The position numbers and the translations under genes were made by a program. The notes beneath the pieces were generated by a model, which was not told the origin of the DNA, did no database searches, and saw nothing but the letters and a program-made list of their open reading frames with translations. A DNA stretch of 64,000 nt from Lingula anatina (taxonomy: Eukaryota; Animalia; Brachiopoda), in NCBI GenBank assembly GCA_051362555.1, contig CM120640.1, positions 43,378,788-43,442,787 on the forward strand, written 5' to 3'. Numbering within the stretch: position 1 is the stretch's first letter; every line of letters starts with the position of its first letter. Shown in pieces: positions 1 to 14,409 of the stretch.

Positions 1-1517
1 CAGCCAACTTTGGTTTTAAAAAACGCATAAACTTGTTGAAGTGTAAAGCATATATTTACCATCGATTATTCTTTATCTAAATTACAGACATGCTGCTCAC
101 ATAGTGACCACACATGACAGCATAAATAAGCTAAACTTTGTAAATAATATAATCAAAAGAAATCACAGAAACAGCAAAAAATGACATGTTGGATGGACTT
201 TGAGTGAATGAGGTAAAACTCAATAACAAGTAAAATTACAGCACATAGAAAAATGGATATTTGTAAGTAAATAAACTAGGAAGTTAAAACATTATAAAGT
301 TGGTATTTCTGTTTGAAGCCTATACACGATTGCCTTTTAAGTTATAAACTGAAATAGTTCTATTCACAGAAAGTATGTATACCACAACATTAAAATGTAC
401 AAGTGTATACCATAAAGGTAGACTATACAGTGCAAACTCATCCACGTAAGCATCACAAGATTTATGTACACTGAATTCAATGTAAGAATTTCTCAAGTCA
501 CAACAATTTTCTGCCTGTACATGTATATACAAGGATAAAGTCAATATGACAAAGCCGTCCTAAACAAGATGTTCTCTTTACATTATTTGTCCCAATACAT
601 AATTCACCTTTCATAATTCATGGAGCAGACAGTCCAAATCATAAAATGTCACCCATACTCAAGTCGGCATCCTTTCAAAGTTTACCTTTTATGCCCATGC
701 ATTATTCAGGTTCATAAATTTAAATGCAAGTCCCATAAAAGTCTGCATTCTTATGAATAATTTGCTCTTAACTTGGCAAAATTTATATCAACAATTCTGA
801 CCAAAAGAACAATCACGCCCAGATAAGACAATAGACTAGTAGTAATATATTACCAGATATTTGAATGACAACAAAAGCAGCTCACACCATCAAATGTCTG
901 GCTTAAAAATTTCCTGAACATCACTATCTGAAGCATTAATGTTTTCTCCCCATGTAAATATTCCTTTATATTTGTAAACATGCAGGATGCTACATTTTCT
1001 TCTCACTTCAATTCTCTACGGTATTTCCAATATTTTACTAGAGACAAAGAATGATTTTAGAAATCACACACTAACAGGAAAATGGAGATCCTTTGACACT
1101 GATATGTACAATTTCTTTAAATGTAAATGTAAAAAAGAAAATAAAGCACTGTAAGCACCAGGCTTTACAGTGTCCTAATATAAAGCAACTCATCAAATTT
1201 GACAAAGCTTGTTCACTTGAACCCTAATGAAAAAAATGCCATCCTAAATAAGGTAAATAAAAAAAATTGTGACAATTATTTTTTCTTATACTGGGTAGCA
1301 ATACTTGTCCAAAGAAGACTAACCATACTCTTCAACAGTTAATAAATGTTTAATTCCCATTTCAAGGATTTACATGCAGCCAACATGGATATTCCATTTT
1401 TCATATGCTTATACAACCACCAATGAGTTGTTATTCTTTCTTAAATGCTATCTTAATACAGACTTTCTAAGTCAGACAAGTTACCAATTAAGGGTACATA
1501 TATGTAATATCCCAATT

Positions 1518-4500
1518 TTACTTTGGTACAAGTCCTCTTGATGTTGGGAACATTTCTTTGGCATTCTGTGACTGGTTCCGTTTACTAGCTGTTTTAGGTC
1601 TGAAATATTTTATAACCATTTCTTAATCCTATATGAGAAATTTTGATAACTTATCATGTACTATTTTAAAACATAAAAAATGTTTTTTTAATGAGGGTCT
1701 TTTTTATATCTACTTATCATGTTTTACTAAAGAAGCACACACTATAAGATCATGCCTTCAGCAAATGCTATGAAAGGAAACATTCAAATCAGCTAATAAA
1801 TATACTAATAATGTTCAAATAGACTTTTTAACTGCTCTTGCTCTTACCTGTCCTTTGCAGATTTTTCTCTTTTCTTAGCTTTGGGCTTACTCTTGCCACC
1901 AAAAATAGCATTGCTAAAAATAAAATGAAACAGGAACTAAAACAAGGTCAGGTTCAAACTTTAAGAAACAAAACCATTTCTATATAAACTTATTATATTC
2001 CAATAAAATAACCAGACTCTGTGTATTCCTATTTTTGCCTAACAAACCAAACCAAACATTTTGTTTACTATTCCCAAAGGAGAAATTAGTTGTTGGTGGA
2101 TCTTATCTCTAAATATCTAATCCAACAGGTCATAATATCTCTCTCTCTCTCTCACACACACACACACGCACACACTTTTCCAGAGAAAGAGATTTTAGTC
2201 CTGAACAAGAACTTATTAACTGCATACTGCCAGCTTGTGGACTGATAAACCTCACTTGAATAACATGTATACTAACTTGCCTTATTTCACAAAAAAATGT
2301 AAATACAAGATTTCCACAGATCCCCAAAAAAATGACTGACTTACCTTCCATCAATATCAATATCCTCCTCATCCTGAAGAGCAGCATCCAGGGCAGCCTG
2401 GACACGTGGCGCCACACAGGGGCCCTCGTAATCCCGTGTTGTTCTGTTTGGCATGTCCAACTCCAAACAGAGAATATTTTCACCCTTCAAGTACACATAT
2501 GAAAAAAAATTATTTCAAGCTATAGTCAAAATAGCACTTAATATCAATTTCAAATATAATTTTCAACTACATGCAAGTGGATCAATTTACAGGCTCAAGC
2601 TGGCAAGAATCATTTTTGCAATTGAAATTTCTTTCTTTTGTTTAAATGACTGAAACAAAATAGATGAATGATTTTAATGATACAGATATAATGTGTACTT
2701 CAGAAAAGTGTTTGAAGAACAGCAATTTGTTCTTACAAAATGATCCATCCTTACTGTACTTCGGAGACAAATAGAAGAATAAAATCAGAGGAAAAGTAAA
2801 GAAACAGAGACGAGGTTCCACTTTCAAAACTTAAAATTGAAGAGGGCATAGAACACAGCCAACAAGCTGTGTTAATGTCAATTAATAAACACATACCTTA
2901 TATCTGAATGGGTTTCCTCCCATAGCTGCTGCCATTTTGGCATATTCTGAAATAGGCCTCCTGTTCCCAGCAGCTGAGATGGGACGTTTGGCCATTTGTG
3001 CTGGACTACAAGTACAATGTGAGTTTTTATGTCAGTATAATAAGAGACACACACAGGTTGCAAACAATGATGTACAAAAATGTGAAACTTAAGTTTTTTT
3101 AAACTAATCATTCACCCATTTGGTCTAAGATATTATACTCTTGTGTTGCATTCAAATGTGAGGCAATGTTATGTTAACTAATATTTTCTAACTCTGTCTG
3201 ATTGAGTGTTGAAATACAAAACTAACATTCTTTCCATACTGCTGCATAAGTGAAGAGATGACTTACTTCATTTTGCTGTGAGGCTGCAACCTCCAACTGT
3301 CCTCTTCTTCATCATACATTGCCCTGTTAAGGATCTTGTTCTTTTCTTCAGGAGGAATGAAGTTTTCAATAATCAGCATTCTGGAGAGAGGAAAGGAATA
3401 ACTTTCATTGACTTCCTGAGATCTTATTTCCAATAACAGTAAAAAAAAAAAAAAACATAATAAAAACCTAAAATAATCAACAATTTATAAATATTGTCCA
3501 TTTACTGGTTTCTACATATACAATGAGAAAACAATTCATTTGAAACACATCTCTAAATACACATCCCCACACATAGGAACCCTTCAAGGAAAAAAGGAAA
3601 TATCTGTTAAAACCTACTTGAGCTTCAGGTCTCTTGTAAGTTCATTTTGCGTCTGCTCCATTTCTTGCCTCTCCTGGACGTGTTCCTCCTGCAAGTCTTG
3701 GATTTCTTGCTTGGTTTGTTGTAGTTTAGCGAAAAGTTTTTTCAATTTCTTGGTTTTCACTTCCACTTCCTGCTCCAGTGAAACATACGTGTCCTGTAAC
3801 TCTGTGGCTTTTTCTTCATTGGCTGCCAATGCTTGCTGCATTTCACGCTCTTTTCTCTGTTGAACAGAAGAAAAAAAGATGGACTTGAGTTCAGTTGTAT
3901 TTAAACTACCTTCCATTGTATATCATAAGTGGCTGATAGGTTTAAGATTACCATCAAACTACAGATTTTCTGTTTCAATCCCTTCATTTTGATAAGAATA
4001 GACAGGAGAGAGAAAACTTAAACTATAAGAAACCAAAATCAAGTGCGATTTTAATATAAGCACCTCTATCATAATTTGTTTTTACCTTTTGTTCAGCTAT
4101 CTCTTGCCTCCTCTGCTCTAGCGCCCTCTGCTGCTCGTTTGTGTGATCAACAATGTTTTTACCACCTCTCAAAAGCTTGCTTTCCATCAACTGCAGGGTA
4201 ACAGAAATGCATATCAACTTCATTATCACTTAGGTAAAGATAAGATTCTAAATGAAAAGCTGGCAAAATGCATAAAAATTGTCATCATATTAATATAAAA
4301 TTTGATAAATACTTCACAACTTTTCTATTTTTTTTAAATACACATCATGAACAGTTCTCAAATAACATTTAAATTCTGACTGCATGTTAAAAATTTAAAC
4401 TTCTTTAAATTTATAAATATCATCTGAGCAACATATAAATAATACCTTGAGCTCCTCTGCAAGTTTGTTCTTTGCTTCCTTTTCCTTCCTTAGTGCCTCT

Positions 4501-7500
4501 TCTTTACCTTGAGCCTCTTTCAAAAGGCGTTCTTTTTCCTGAAAAGGATGAGAATTAAAAAAATGCTTGTAATTCAAATAAATCATAATAATTTAGAGAT
4601 GCTGTGTTTATTTCTCTGCAAACATATCATGTGTATTAAGAACTAGCAAAAAAAAAAACAAAATATTTTTATAAAAAGTTTGTCCTGTTCATTAGAAAAT
4701 GGCTAAGGCTTAAAAAATAACATTCAAAAAGATCAGAAGCTTTTTCATTATGAAGATGACAGTGGCTCCCCCTTTACCTCTGCAATAAGAGAAGCATTGT
4801 TGAGGATGGCATTCTTCTCCTCCTCTAGCTTACTCTGTTGCTGTTTGATATACTCCTCCTCATCAACTTCATCCCCTTCATCATCTTCTTCTGTTTCATC
4901 CTCAATTTCCTCCTCTATAGTTTCCCCTAAGAAAAGACATAAATAATAATGTAAAAAGATGTATTACAAGTGCATTAAAAGAGGATGAAAATACTGAAAG
5001 AGGTCAACAATGAATCCCAGTTTATTCATTTCTCTTTTGTTGTGACATTTAAATATCTTATGGTAAAATATCAGATGTATCACCTATGTAATTAACTGTT
5101 GTTGATGCTGCTAAATACCCCTTAAAACACCTTTCAAATTAAAGATTTGATTCTAATTTCTCTTTTTTCTTTATCATTCTCTTATTACTTTTTTCAAAAT
5201 TATATAATTGGAAAAAGAAGAACAATTTTTGAAATGGAAGACTACCATCAGGACCAATCCTTTGTCTCTTCTTCTTCTTCCTCTTCTTTCTTGGACCTCC
5301 CTTACTTTGCAGCTGTTCTTTTAACCTACAAAATGTAAATCCTATTTACAACTGTTGAAATGACTTGCAGCTTTATTTGTTAAATTTTCAGTTTTCATGT
5401 GAGTTTTTGATGAAAATTGCATTTCCATCTCACCTATTTATCTTCTCCTGGAATTCTCTGAGCAATGCGTCCTTGGGATCTTCATTAATCTTGGGTTTGT
5501 TCTTGATATTCTTGGCTCTGTTAGCATATCTGAAAAAAAATCAAGAATTCTTTAGTCCAAGTAAATGAAAACAGCCCAAAAACTGTCTTATAACCTTGAA
5601 AATAAAGGTTTTACCACAATTTATTTTTGATATGTAAAAACTGATTGAGATTTTGGAGCTTTGAGGTTAAATCCCCTTTGATGAGTATAATAAGTGCATG
5701 TGCTAGGTATTTGTAATGATGTTTCCTTGCAATTACCTCAATGTGGTGATAGTTTCATCATAATTATAACTGGCAGGGCCTATATTTGCTACCATCACAG
5801 TCTTTGCGTTTCCTCCTAGGGAGTCTGCAAGAAACAACAACATCTAATATGCAATACAAAAGTCCATTTTTATTTCTAGTAGCTGTACAGATAATAGATA
5901 AACTTATATAACTAAACAAGTTGAACAAGTAGTCAGAAGTCATAAATACAGGAAAAGAAAATTCTCCAACGGTGGGAAAAAAGCACTGCATCACAAGTCC
6001 AGTGCTAGAGTCATCTTTTCCTCTTCTGTTATATCATGCTACTGAATGAATCAGAAAATATTCACTAAATATATGAAAAACATATGGCTAACATCTCAAT
6101 AACTAAACACAGAAATCGGATGCTCAGTGCTGCCTACCTTGTAACAACCTTGTAAGTTTAGAGTCTCTGTAAGGAATGTGTGAACTCTTGCCATCCACCA
6201 AGGCAGAGATAACATTACCCAGTGCTGACAAAGATAAGTTAATCTTGGTGGCCTCTTTCAGGCGATCACCCTGGAATAACAAACAGATTGCAGGGAATGC
6301 CTTAAATATCTATGAGAGAGAAACAATCTTTATTTACAATATAATTGCAACTGAGATCCAGCATTTTCACTGGGGACATTTCAATGAGTCATTGTGGTAG
6401 GAAATTGTGTCAATGATCATACCAAAAAATCACACATGACACTTACAGTAGCTCCTGTCTTTGTCTGCCTCTCACTGCCAGCCAAATCCACCATGTTTAG
6501 CTTGCCTACTCTGATGTGGTTCTCTCCATCATTTGTATCCTACAATAAGGAAGACAATATGTCACCAAGACCATGCTTTGTGATGCTGTCACATTTGCAA
6601 ACTATTTATATAACTATAAACAGAGACAACTGATTCATCTCTATTATCTCTTAGCTTACATGCAACATATGAGAAATAAATCTGTAACTTGCATCAATTA
6701 CCTTCTCAAGTTACTGGCCTAATAGGCACTGTATTAACAATAGGGATTGACTTGCATTGCCTATTCCTATTAAAACACCCACCTCACTGCATTCTATTGT
6801 CACCACCATGATAGCATGAGACCTTGAACTGTGCTCATTCATGTTAGTAGCCCTATTTTAAAGAAACTGACATAATTAGAACAAATATCAAATACATGTT
6901 TCTCTTTCTAGAATTCAAACCAAATTATTGAAATGAAACTTCAATAGGAAAAGTCACATTCTGCATTCTTTAATACATGAAATATTAAAAATAAGAAAGG
7001 AATTAGAAAAAAAGATACTCATACATTTGCATGATTCATTAATACACGCTACACTTTAAAAGTTTATACAAATGAAAAATGTTCTTACCCAACTGCTCTG
7101 TTAGCATTCCCTGTATCCATGGCACGTTCTAATTCTTTAATACTTTTTGCCACACAAGCAGTGACTCCCTGCAATGAACCAGAAAATATAATTGAAGCAT
7201 TCATTACATAAACAGAAACGATCCATAATTTCCTCAATGTTGTATAAAATAAACATAATCAAAACATTCACTCTCTCAAAATGAGAAATGAGAAAATCAT
7301 CAATATACTTTCTGCTAACCTTTTACTTTACTTAAAAATTACAGATAAAAAAATTTCAATTATGGAGGAAACACGATATTCAAGTTTTTATTCGCCAAAA
7401 GAGGGCACACCTACAATCAAATTATGGACTTAAAACCCATTAGAATGTTTTTACACTATGGTATCAGCTGCAGCTATTTTTTCTTCTAAAAACACATAAC

Positions 7501-10500
7501 TGCTACTACTAATCTAAAGAATAAAGTAAAGGTCTTTGCCATACAACATTATCAGCTTGTATCTGGCCTTGTAGACGTATGTATCTTTAGGACAGTATAG
7601 AAATATAGGAGAGCATGCTTATCATTTATCTTGGGATACCCACTTTAACATATACTCCAGTGTCTGGACTCTCCTTCAGTTCAAATTTCTTATTCTGGTC
7701 TTTATTTAAGAGATCTCGAATTTCTTCCTAAAATGGCAACAAATGTCAAAAATAAAATCAGAACTCTTCAAAACCATAAAATATTGGAAACATCCCATTT
7801 CTAGTTATTATTTGAATAAGACACAGACTCTGTATCTACTATGTTTCATTTCAATGCAAAGAGTAAACACACTTGAACCAGTCAGTGAACAAATTTTCTA
7901 TAATTACAATAATCAAAAACCCTGGTTCCCTTACACAAATAGAAAAAAAAATCATCATTACTAGGAAGGTAAATACAAAAACTGACTTAAAGGTACATAC
8001 GAACCGAGCATCGGTGGAGCGTGGATTCCCAGTAACACATGTAAACCACTTCTACTAGATTCTTATATGACTCAAATAAATTCGACATGCCAAGGGATAA
8101 ACTGAATAGATCACTCGATCAGCCATAAAAGACCTTTAGACTGCTCCTTTCTTTAAATTTGTGGTTGTAAATTTAACCTACTTTCGTGACCTACTTTCCT
8201 GCCCCATTGACATACAGCTTAGAATGCCAGCAGAAAAATCCGTTCAAACATCATTTTCGGGTAAAATTAAACAATGCCTTTTGGTAATTCTCTTAGTTAT
8301 ACTACTTGAAACTATATGCTGGCATGTGGTTGGTTTTTGTGACAAAAAATAAATAAAATATTTGCTGCTTTTTTTTAAACTAGAAATGTATACAGTCAGT
8401 TAATCAGAAAAAAAATATCATAATAGACATTCAGCTACACTACAGGCATATTCACCTGATAAATTTCAATATAGGATGCTCTGACTAAGTACTGCTGGTT
8501 TTGAGCTCGGGCTATATGCTGGTAGATATGTTCAAATGAGTTTGGTATTACTCCTCTGAGATCAGGGTCTGTCTTCACACCTAAATGTACAAATAACTAT
8601 ATATAATCATACCCTGATTCATATATTGCAAATCCATTTCAGCATAGCTCGATTGGGTTGACCTAAACTAGGCAGTTATATCACAAGTACCAATGTTGAA
8701 TGTTATGATCATTATATAAATAAATGAACAAGTGAAATATTGTAGTTGCACCAGATATAAAATTACGCCGAAGATTTCTACCTACCCTGCATTGTAAATG
8801 TCTTTCCTGTCCCAGTTTGTCCATAAGCAAAGATGGTGCCGTTGAAACCATTCAGTACAGACTCTACCAAATCTCTGAATGTCTCATCATACAAGTCACA
8901 CTGTTTTGAACTGAAACAAACATCAAAGGTAATATCACCAAACAAACACACAAAAATAAAAGGATTTGAATAAAACAAATTCAATCTTATGTAATCAAAT
9001 TAAAACAATCATGAAGTTGCAATGAGTATGAAGCTTAAAGCAGGAATAAATTTGATACTAATATGAAAACAATCATAATTCATTTTTAATATGTTTTTTA
9101 AAGTACCACTGTCTTCCTTAAAGAGGCCAAAAAGTTCAAACTTCATCAAGAGAAACCTTTTTTTGTAAATCTTTTCGAGAATAAGTGTTTAGTTACTATA
9201 TCTAAAACTTACTCCCAATCATAGACAGAATCAAATGTGAATTTTTTGGGCAACTCTCCAGGCTTGGGGCTCTTGACTTCTACAACACCCCCTTTGACAT
9301 CCATTTCCACAATCCTGAAAAAATCAGAAAAATTAATCATCCAAATTAGCTATAAAGAAATCCCATTAGCTATGATGAAATATGAAAAATGGCACATCTT
9401 ATGGTCTTAGTAGTACCTTGCCAGGCATTAGGTAAAATAGCATCAATATACATTAGACATTAAGCATATGGCATACATCTACATGCAAATAATTCTGAGT
9501 TCATAATTACTTTTTAGCAAAAAAACAATATGGAAAGGGTATGTTAATTTCATTTCAGTATTTCCAATTACTGAATCAAATTCCATGGGTTAAAACAATA
9601 TCAAATATTTCCTTTGGTTCTCAATATCATTTATTTTCTCCTTGGTTCTCAATATTATCTTTCACCATACCACCTGCAGTGTCACTGCTTTTACTGACAA
9701 AATACAGCAATGCGAGGACGTCAAAATAACTGTTTGCAGATAATTCAACATATAATGTACTTACAAAGTTCTACATTTAATGATGATCCAAACAGGTATA
9801 TTTTGAATGTTCCTTTCAGTAAATATATGTGGCATTAAGCCACTGCTAACTGTAATCATCACTTATGAACAGCTTGGGTAATGTTGCTATCAAGTTAGTA
9901 ATGTCACTGAGATTTTGATTGCAGTAAAGTATACAAACCTTTGATGTCCTTGTTCTTTTTCCTTTGAATTTAAAGGCCGGCATCTTATCACCACTTTGAC
10001 ACACTCTGCACCTTTGCTAGAACCTTTAGATTTCGACTGGAATTACAACGTATAAAATACAACATTAAATGTATTCTGACAATATAATAGAGATTTTTTT
10101 CTTGCAGAAAGCCACTGCAATGAAAGAAATAAACAATACTAGTAATGTCACTCATAAAGTTTGACTGGAGCCCGATACAAAATGACAGAAATTACAGATT
10201 ACATTGGAATAAGTCATAGCTCCATGCAAGACCATTCATAAGACAAAAAACATCAAAACACCTTCATTAAAAAACTAAAACCTGCATTTGAGTATCTTCA
10301 ACTAAGCAAATACCTGCTTTTTAAATCTCCTTGTGAGGGCACTCGAAGATCTATAACTTACTTTACTACTGGTTGCCATAGCCAACTGAGCAGATACTAC
10401 TGGTTCTACACAGAGTTAACATATATGTACACCTCTCAAATTACTTCTTACAAGTTCCGACTTAATGCAATTTAGTGATCCCAGTATGGGGATGATTTGC

Positions 10501-13500
10501 CATCCACATTCAAACCATCCAAAGATCAAAACTGATGGTGAATTGTGGCTATAAGTAAGATCCTATTTTCTACACATGTTCAAGGCTAATAGTTTTATCA
10601 TATCTTAATAGCTGCAGTATGACAAGAACACCATCCAAAAACGTGTTGACCAAATGATGCCCTTCTTCCTGCTGTGCATGTTGCATAATGAAAATATACA
10701 AAAATATCTGATCCAATATGCCTTCCTTCTGATAAAAATATTTATAGAGATGTACATGCCTCAGAAAGGTCATTTAAATGGGAAATGAAGCTGGAACAAA
10801 ATTCAATGTATTAACCCTCATGTGGAGACTGCTTGACTAAAAGAAATCCATATGATGTGATGCGACCAATAACCCACCTTTATTAACTGACATAAACAAT
10901 GGATATTTAATCTACGGTGTAAAGGAGGAAATAGAAATGTCCGGTAGAAAAAAGAGAATATCATCTGCACCATTATTTTATCTGATTAAACAAGTAAATT
11001 AATGAATGAGTGAATAAGTGAATAAATAAACAAATGAACAAACCAGTTTTGTCAATGTGCTGAACTTCGAAAACAAAATGACTAGATATATTGAAAATAT
11101 CTTTTTCAAAATACAGTTATATAATACAAAACTTCATAAAAAGAAATGGCAGGGCTCCGGGGTGTTAAATGTGGACTAGATGGTTAATTGCTGCTCCAAA
11201 CTTAAGCACTTAAAATTTAGACAATTTCCAATCATTTGGAATGGTTAAACTATTATCCTTGTTTAGATATTTACAAAGAACAGATCTACCAAATCTACAG
11301 AAACTGAATTATCCATGGGTTCTGAATTCTGAATCCTTTTTATTATTAATCATGCTTTTCATACCATGGAAGGGCCTATGAACCAGGTTTACTGATATCC
11401 AACTGCGAAGATGGCTGTAGGAGATTCAGGGATCTCATGTCCTTATGACTTTATATAAATCATGGCTTGAACTTCAACACACACACAAAAGTTTCAACCT
11501 GTACTTGGACCACTGAAAAAACAAGTCGGCAATAGCCCATATTTTTAGTCAATTCAGCCATTAGCTAAGTTGTTCCTGATACTGCAAAACAGCAATCAAT
11601 ACAAGGCTACTTCAGAGCAATGGTACTTGGTCTTATTATTCACACTTACCCACTATTCAAAATCAATACATTAAAATAGGAAGAGAAATGTTTGGTAGAG
11701 AAAACAAGACTTATAATATCAAAATTAAAAAGCATTATTTGGTTTCTCGTTCCATTGGGAAATAAAAACAAGGCAGCAAAGCTGTCAAATGTACAGACAA
11801 AGAACAGAAAATAAAGATGCAAATAAGTGAAAAATTAATTTTTCACAAAAAACTGTTAAATTGCCAGAAAAATTTACCAAACAGACTGCATTGCCTATTG
11901 AAGCTGTACTTTAGTGCCATGTTTCTTTCCTATAAGTTTGAGAACAGTAAGTGACATGATTTCCCTTAAATGGTCATCATAGGAGCAGTGCCCAAAATAG
12001 GGGTTTCTTCAAATTTTGATACAACATTAAATAATGTTTAACAGCATAATGATAATCAAATGTTATTAATAAAATATTAGTAACATGGACATTCAGAAAA
12101 TGTGACAAGCAAGTCTTCAAGATCATGGAACTTTAAAGTCACACCTTGAAAATGCCAATATGTGAAAAATTAAATTTTCACAAAAAACTGTTTAACTGCC
12201 AAAAAAAATAAATAAATAAATAAAATTTAAAAAAAAAAAAAAAAAAATACCAAACAGACTGCATTGCCTACTGAAGCTGTATTTTAGTCCCATGTTTCTT
12301 TCCTGTAAGTTTGAGAACAGTAAGTGACATGATTTTCCTTAAATGGTCATCATGGAAGCAGTGCCCAAAATCGGGGTTTCTTCAAATTTTGATGCAATAT
12401 TACATAATGTTTAACAGCTTAATGACCATCAATTTTTAATTATAAAATATTTGTATCACAGATATTCAGAAAATGTGACTAGCAAAGGTCTTCAGGCCCA
12501 TGGAACTTCAAAGTCACGCCTTGAAAATGCCAAAATGTAAACAAGACAGCACTGTTCTGAAATGGGTTTATTTCCATTTTTAACACTTTTTTAACATAAA
12601 ACAAAATAAACATTTTACTGCCATTTTTATATGACCAACTAAAAAAATTGATGAGATGGGAAAAGTATCAATAGAACAGTGTTAAATGTCCAATTTCCTC
12701 CATTCTGAGATTCTGAACATAGTGGATGATTGAATCTGACAAACTGCAATGATATGAGTTTATTTCCATTTTTGACACTTTATTACACAATACATGATAA
12801 CAAGTTTACCATGTTTTTTACATAATCAACTAACAATGTTGTAAAGATGCAGGAAATATCAAACAAACACTTTTAGGCATCTTATTAGTTAAGTAATGAG
12901 ACTGTTAACATGCTTAAGAACTGAATCTGAGGAAATGTGAAAAAAACAGTATAACTTCTAAAATAATGGCCCGATTATGCTGATTTTCGAACTTAACCTG
13001 CGTTTTAGTAAGATTGACCACTCCTGTGAGTATAATTACAATTGGCCAATCCGTTTTTCTTATATTGTGTTATCAGTGTTGCATTTATATTGAAAAAAGT
13101 GAAAAAACAGCATAAATTCCCTCAAAATAGCCCAATCATGCTGATTTTCGAACTTGACCTGCGTATTATGAATATTCATTAGTTCTGTAAGTTTCAAGTC
13201 AAAAGGTAAAATGGTTTTCCACTTATGGTGTTATCGGTGCTGCATATATGCTGAAAAAAGTGAAAAAACAGCATAAATTACCTAAAAGTGACCCGATCAC
13301 GCTGATTTTCGAACTTGACCTGCGTATTATGAATATTCATCAGTTCTGTAAGTTTCAAGTCAAAAGGTAAAATGGTTTTCCACTTATTGTGTTATCGGTG
13401 CTGCATATATGCTGAAAAAAGTGAAAAAACAGCATAAATTCCCTAAAAGTGACCCGATCATGCTGATTTTCGAACTTGACCTGCGTATTATGAATATTCA

Positions 13501-14355
13501 TCAGTTCTGTAAATTTCAAGTCAAAAGGTAAAATGGTTTTCCACTTATCGTGTTATCGGTGCTGCATATATGCTGAAAAAAGTGAAAAAACTGCATAAAT
13601 TCCCTAAAAGTGACCCGATCATGCTGATTTTCGAACTTGACCTGCGTATTATGAATATTTATCAGTTCTGCAAGTTTCAAGTCAAAAGGTAAAATGGTTT
13701 TCCACTTATCGTGTTATCGGTAAAAGTGCACGGCGACGGCGACGACGGCGACGACAGACGCAGATGATGGCTATATGTACAGACACATCTGTGTCTGTAC
13801 ATAAAAACAGCATAACTTCTATAAAAGTGGCTCTATCATGCTGTTTTTCAAACTTGACCTGCGTATTATGAATATTCATCAGTTCTGTAAGTTTCAAGCC
13901 AAAAGGTAAAATGGTATTTCACATATCGTGTTATCGGTGCTGCATATATGCTGAGAAAAGTGAAATAAAGATGCAAATAAGTGAAAAATTAAATTTTCAC
14001 AAAAAACTGTTAAATTGCCAGAAAATTTTACCAAACAGACTGCGTTGCCTATTGAAGCTGTATGTTAGACCCATGTTTCTTTCCTGTAAGTTTGAGAACA
14101 GTAAGTGACATGATTTCCCTTAAATGGTCATCATAGGAGCAGTGCCCAAAATAGGGGTTTCTTCAAATTTTGATGCAACATTACATAATGTTTAATAGCA
14201 TAATGACAATCAAATGTTATTAATAAAATATTAGTAACATAGACATTCAGAAAATGTGACAAGCAAAAGTCTTCAGTATCATGGAACTTTAAAGTCACAC
14301 CTTGAAAATGCCAATATGTGAAAAATTAAATTTTCACAAAAAACTGTTTAACTGC

Positions 14356-14409
<54 letters not shown>

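Noticed and set aside
2730-2810. KIF3B microexon after a long minus-strand pyrimidine tract
   Set aside because: Available AG/GT pairs give lengths that are not multiples of 3 or start with a stop; unsupported.
2130-6633. Track ORFs such as 2130-2483(-), 3540-3863(+), 5365-5568(+), 6176-6400(+), 6394-6633(+)
   Set aside because: Wrong-frame or antisense shadows of KIF3B exons.
7630-7643. U12-type donor (gtatcc) near KIF3B exon 6
   Set aside because: Lacks full GTATCCTT, and the upstream GT gives the correct frame.
7987-8160. TTAAAGG-type (Kolobok-like) element end; similar at ~31438
   Set aside because: No convincing matching TIR at the other end.
13706-14108. Poly-Arg ORF and neighbouring ORF
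   Set aside because: Derived from the element's microsatellite and repeat units; no Rep/helicase or transposase motifs.
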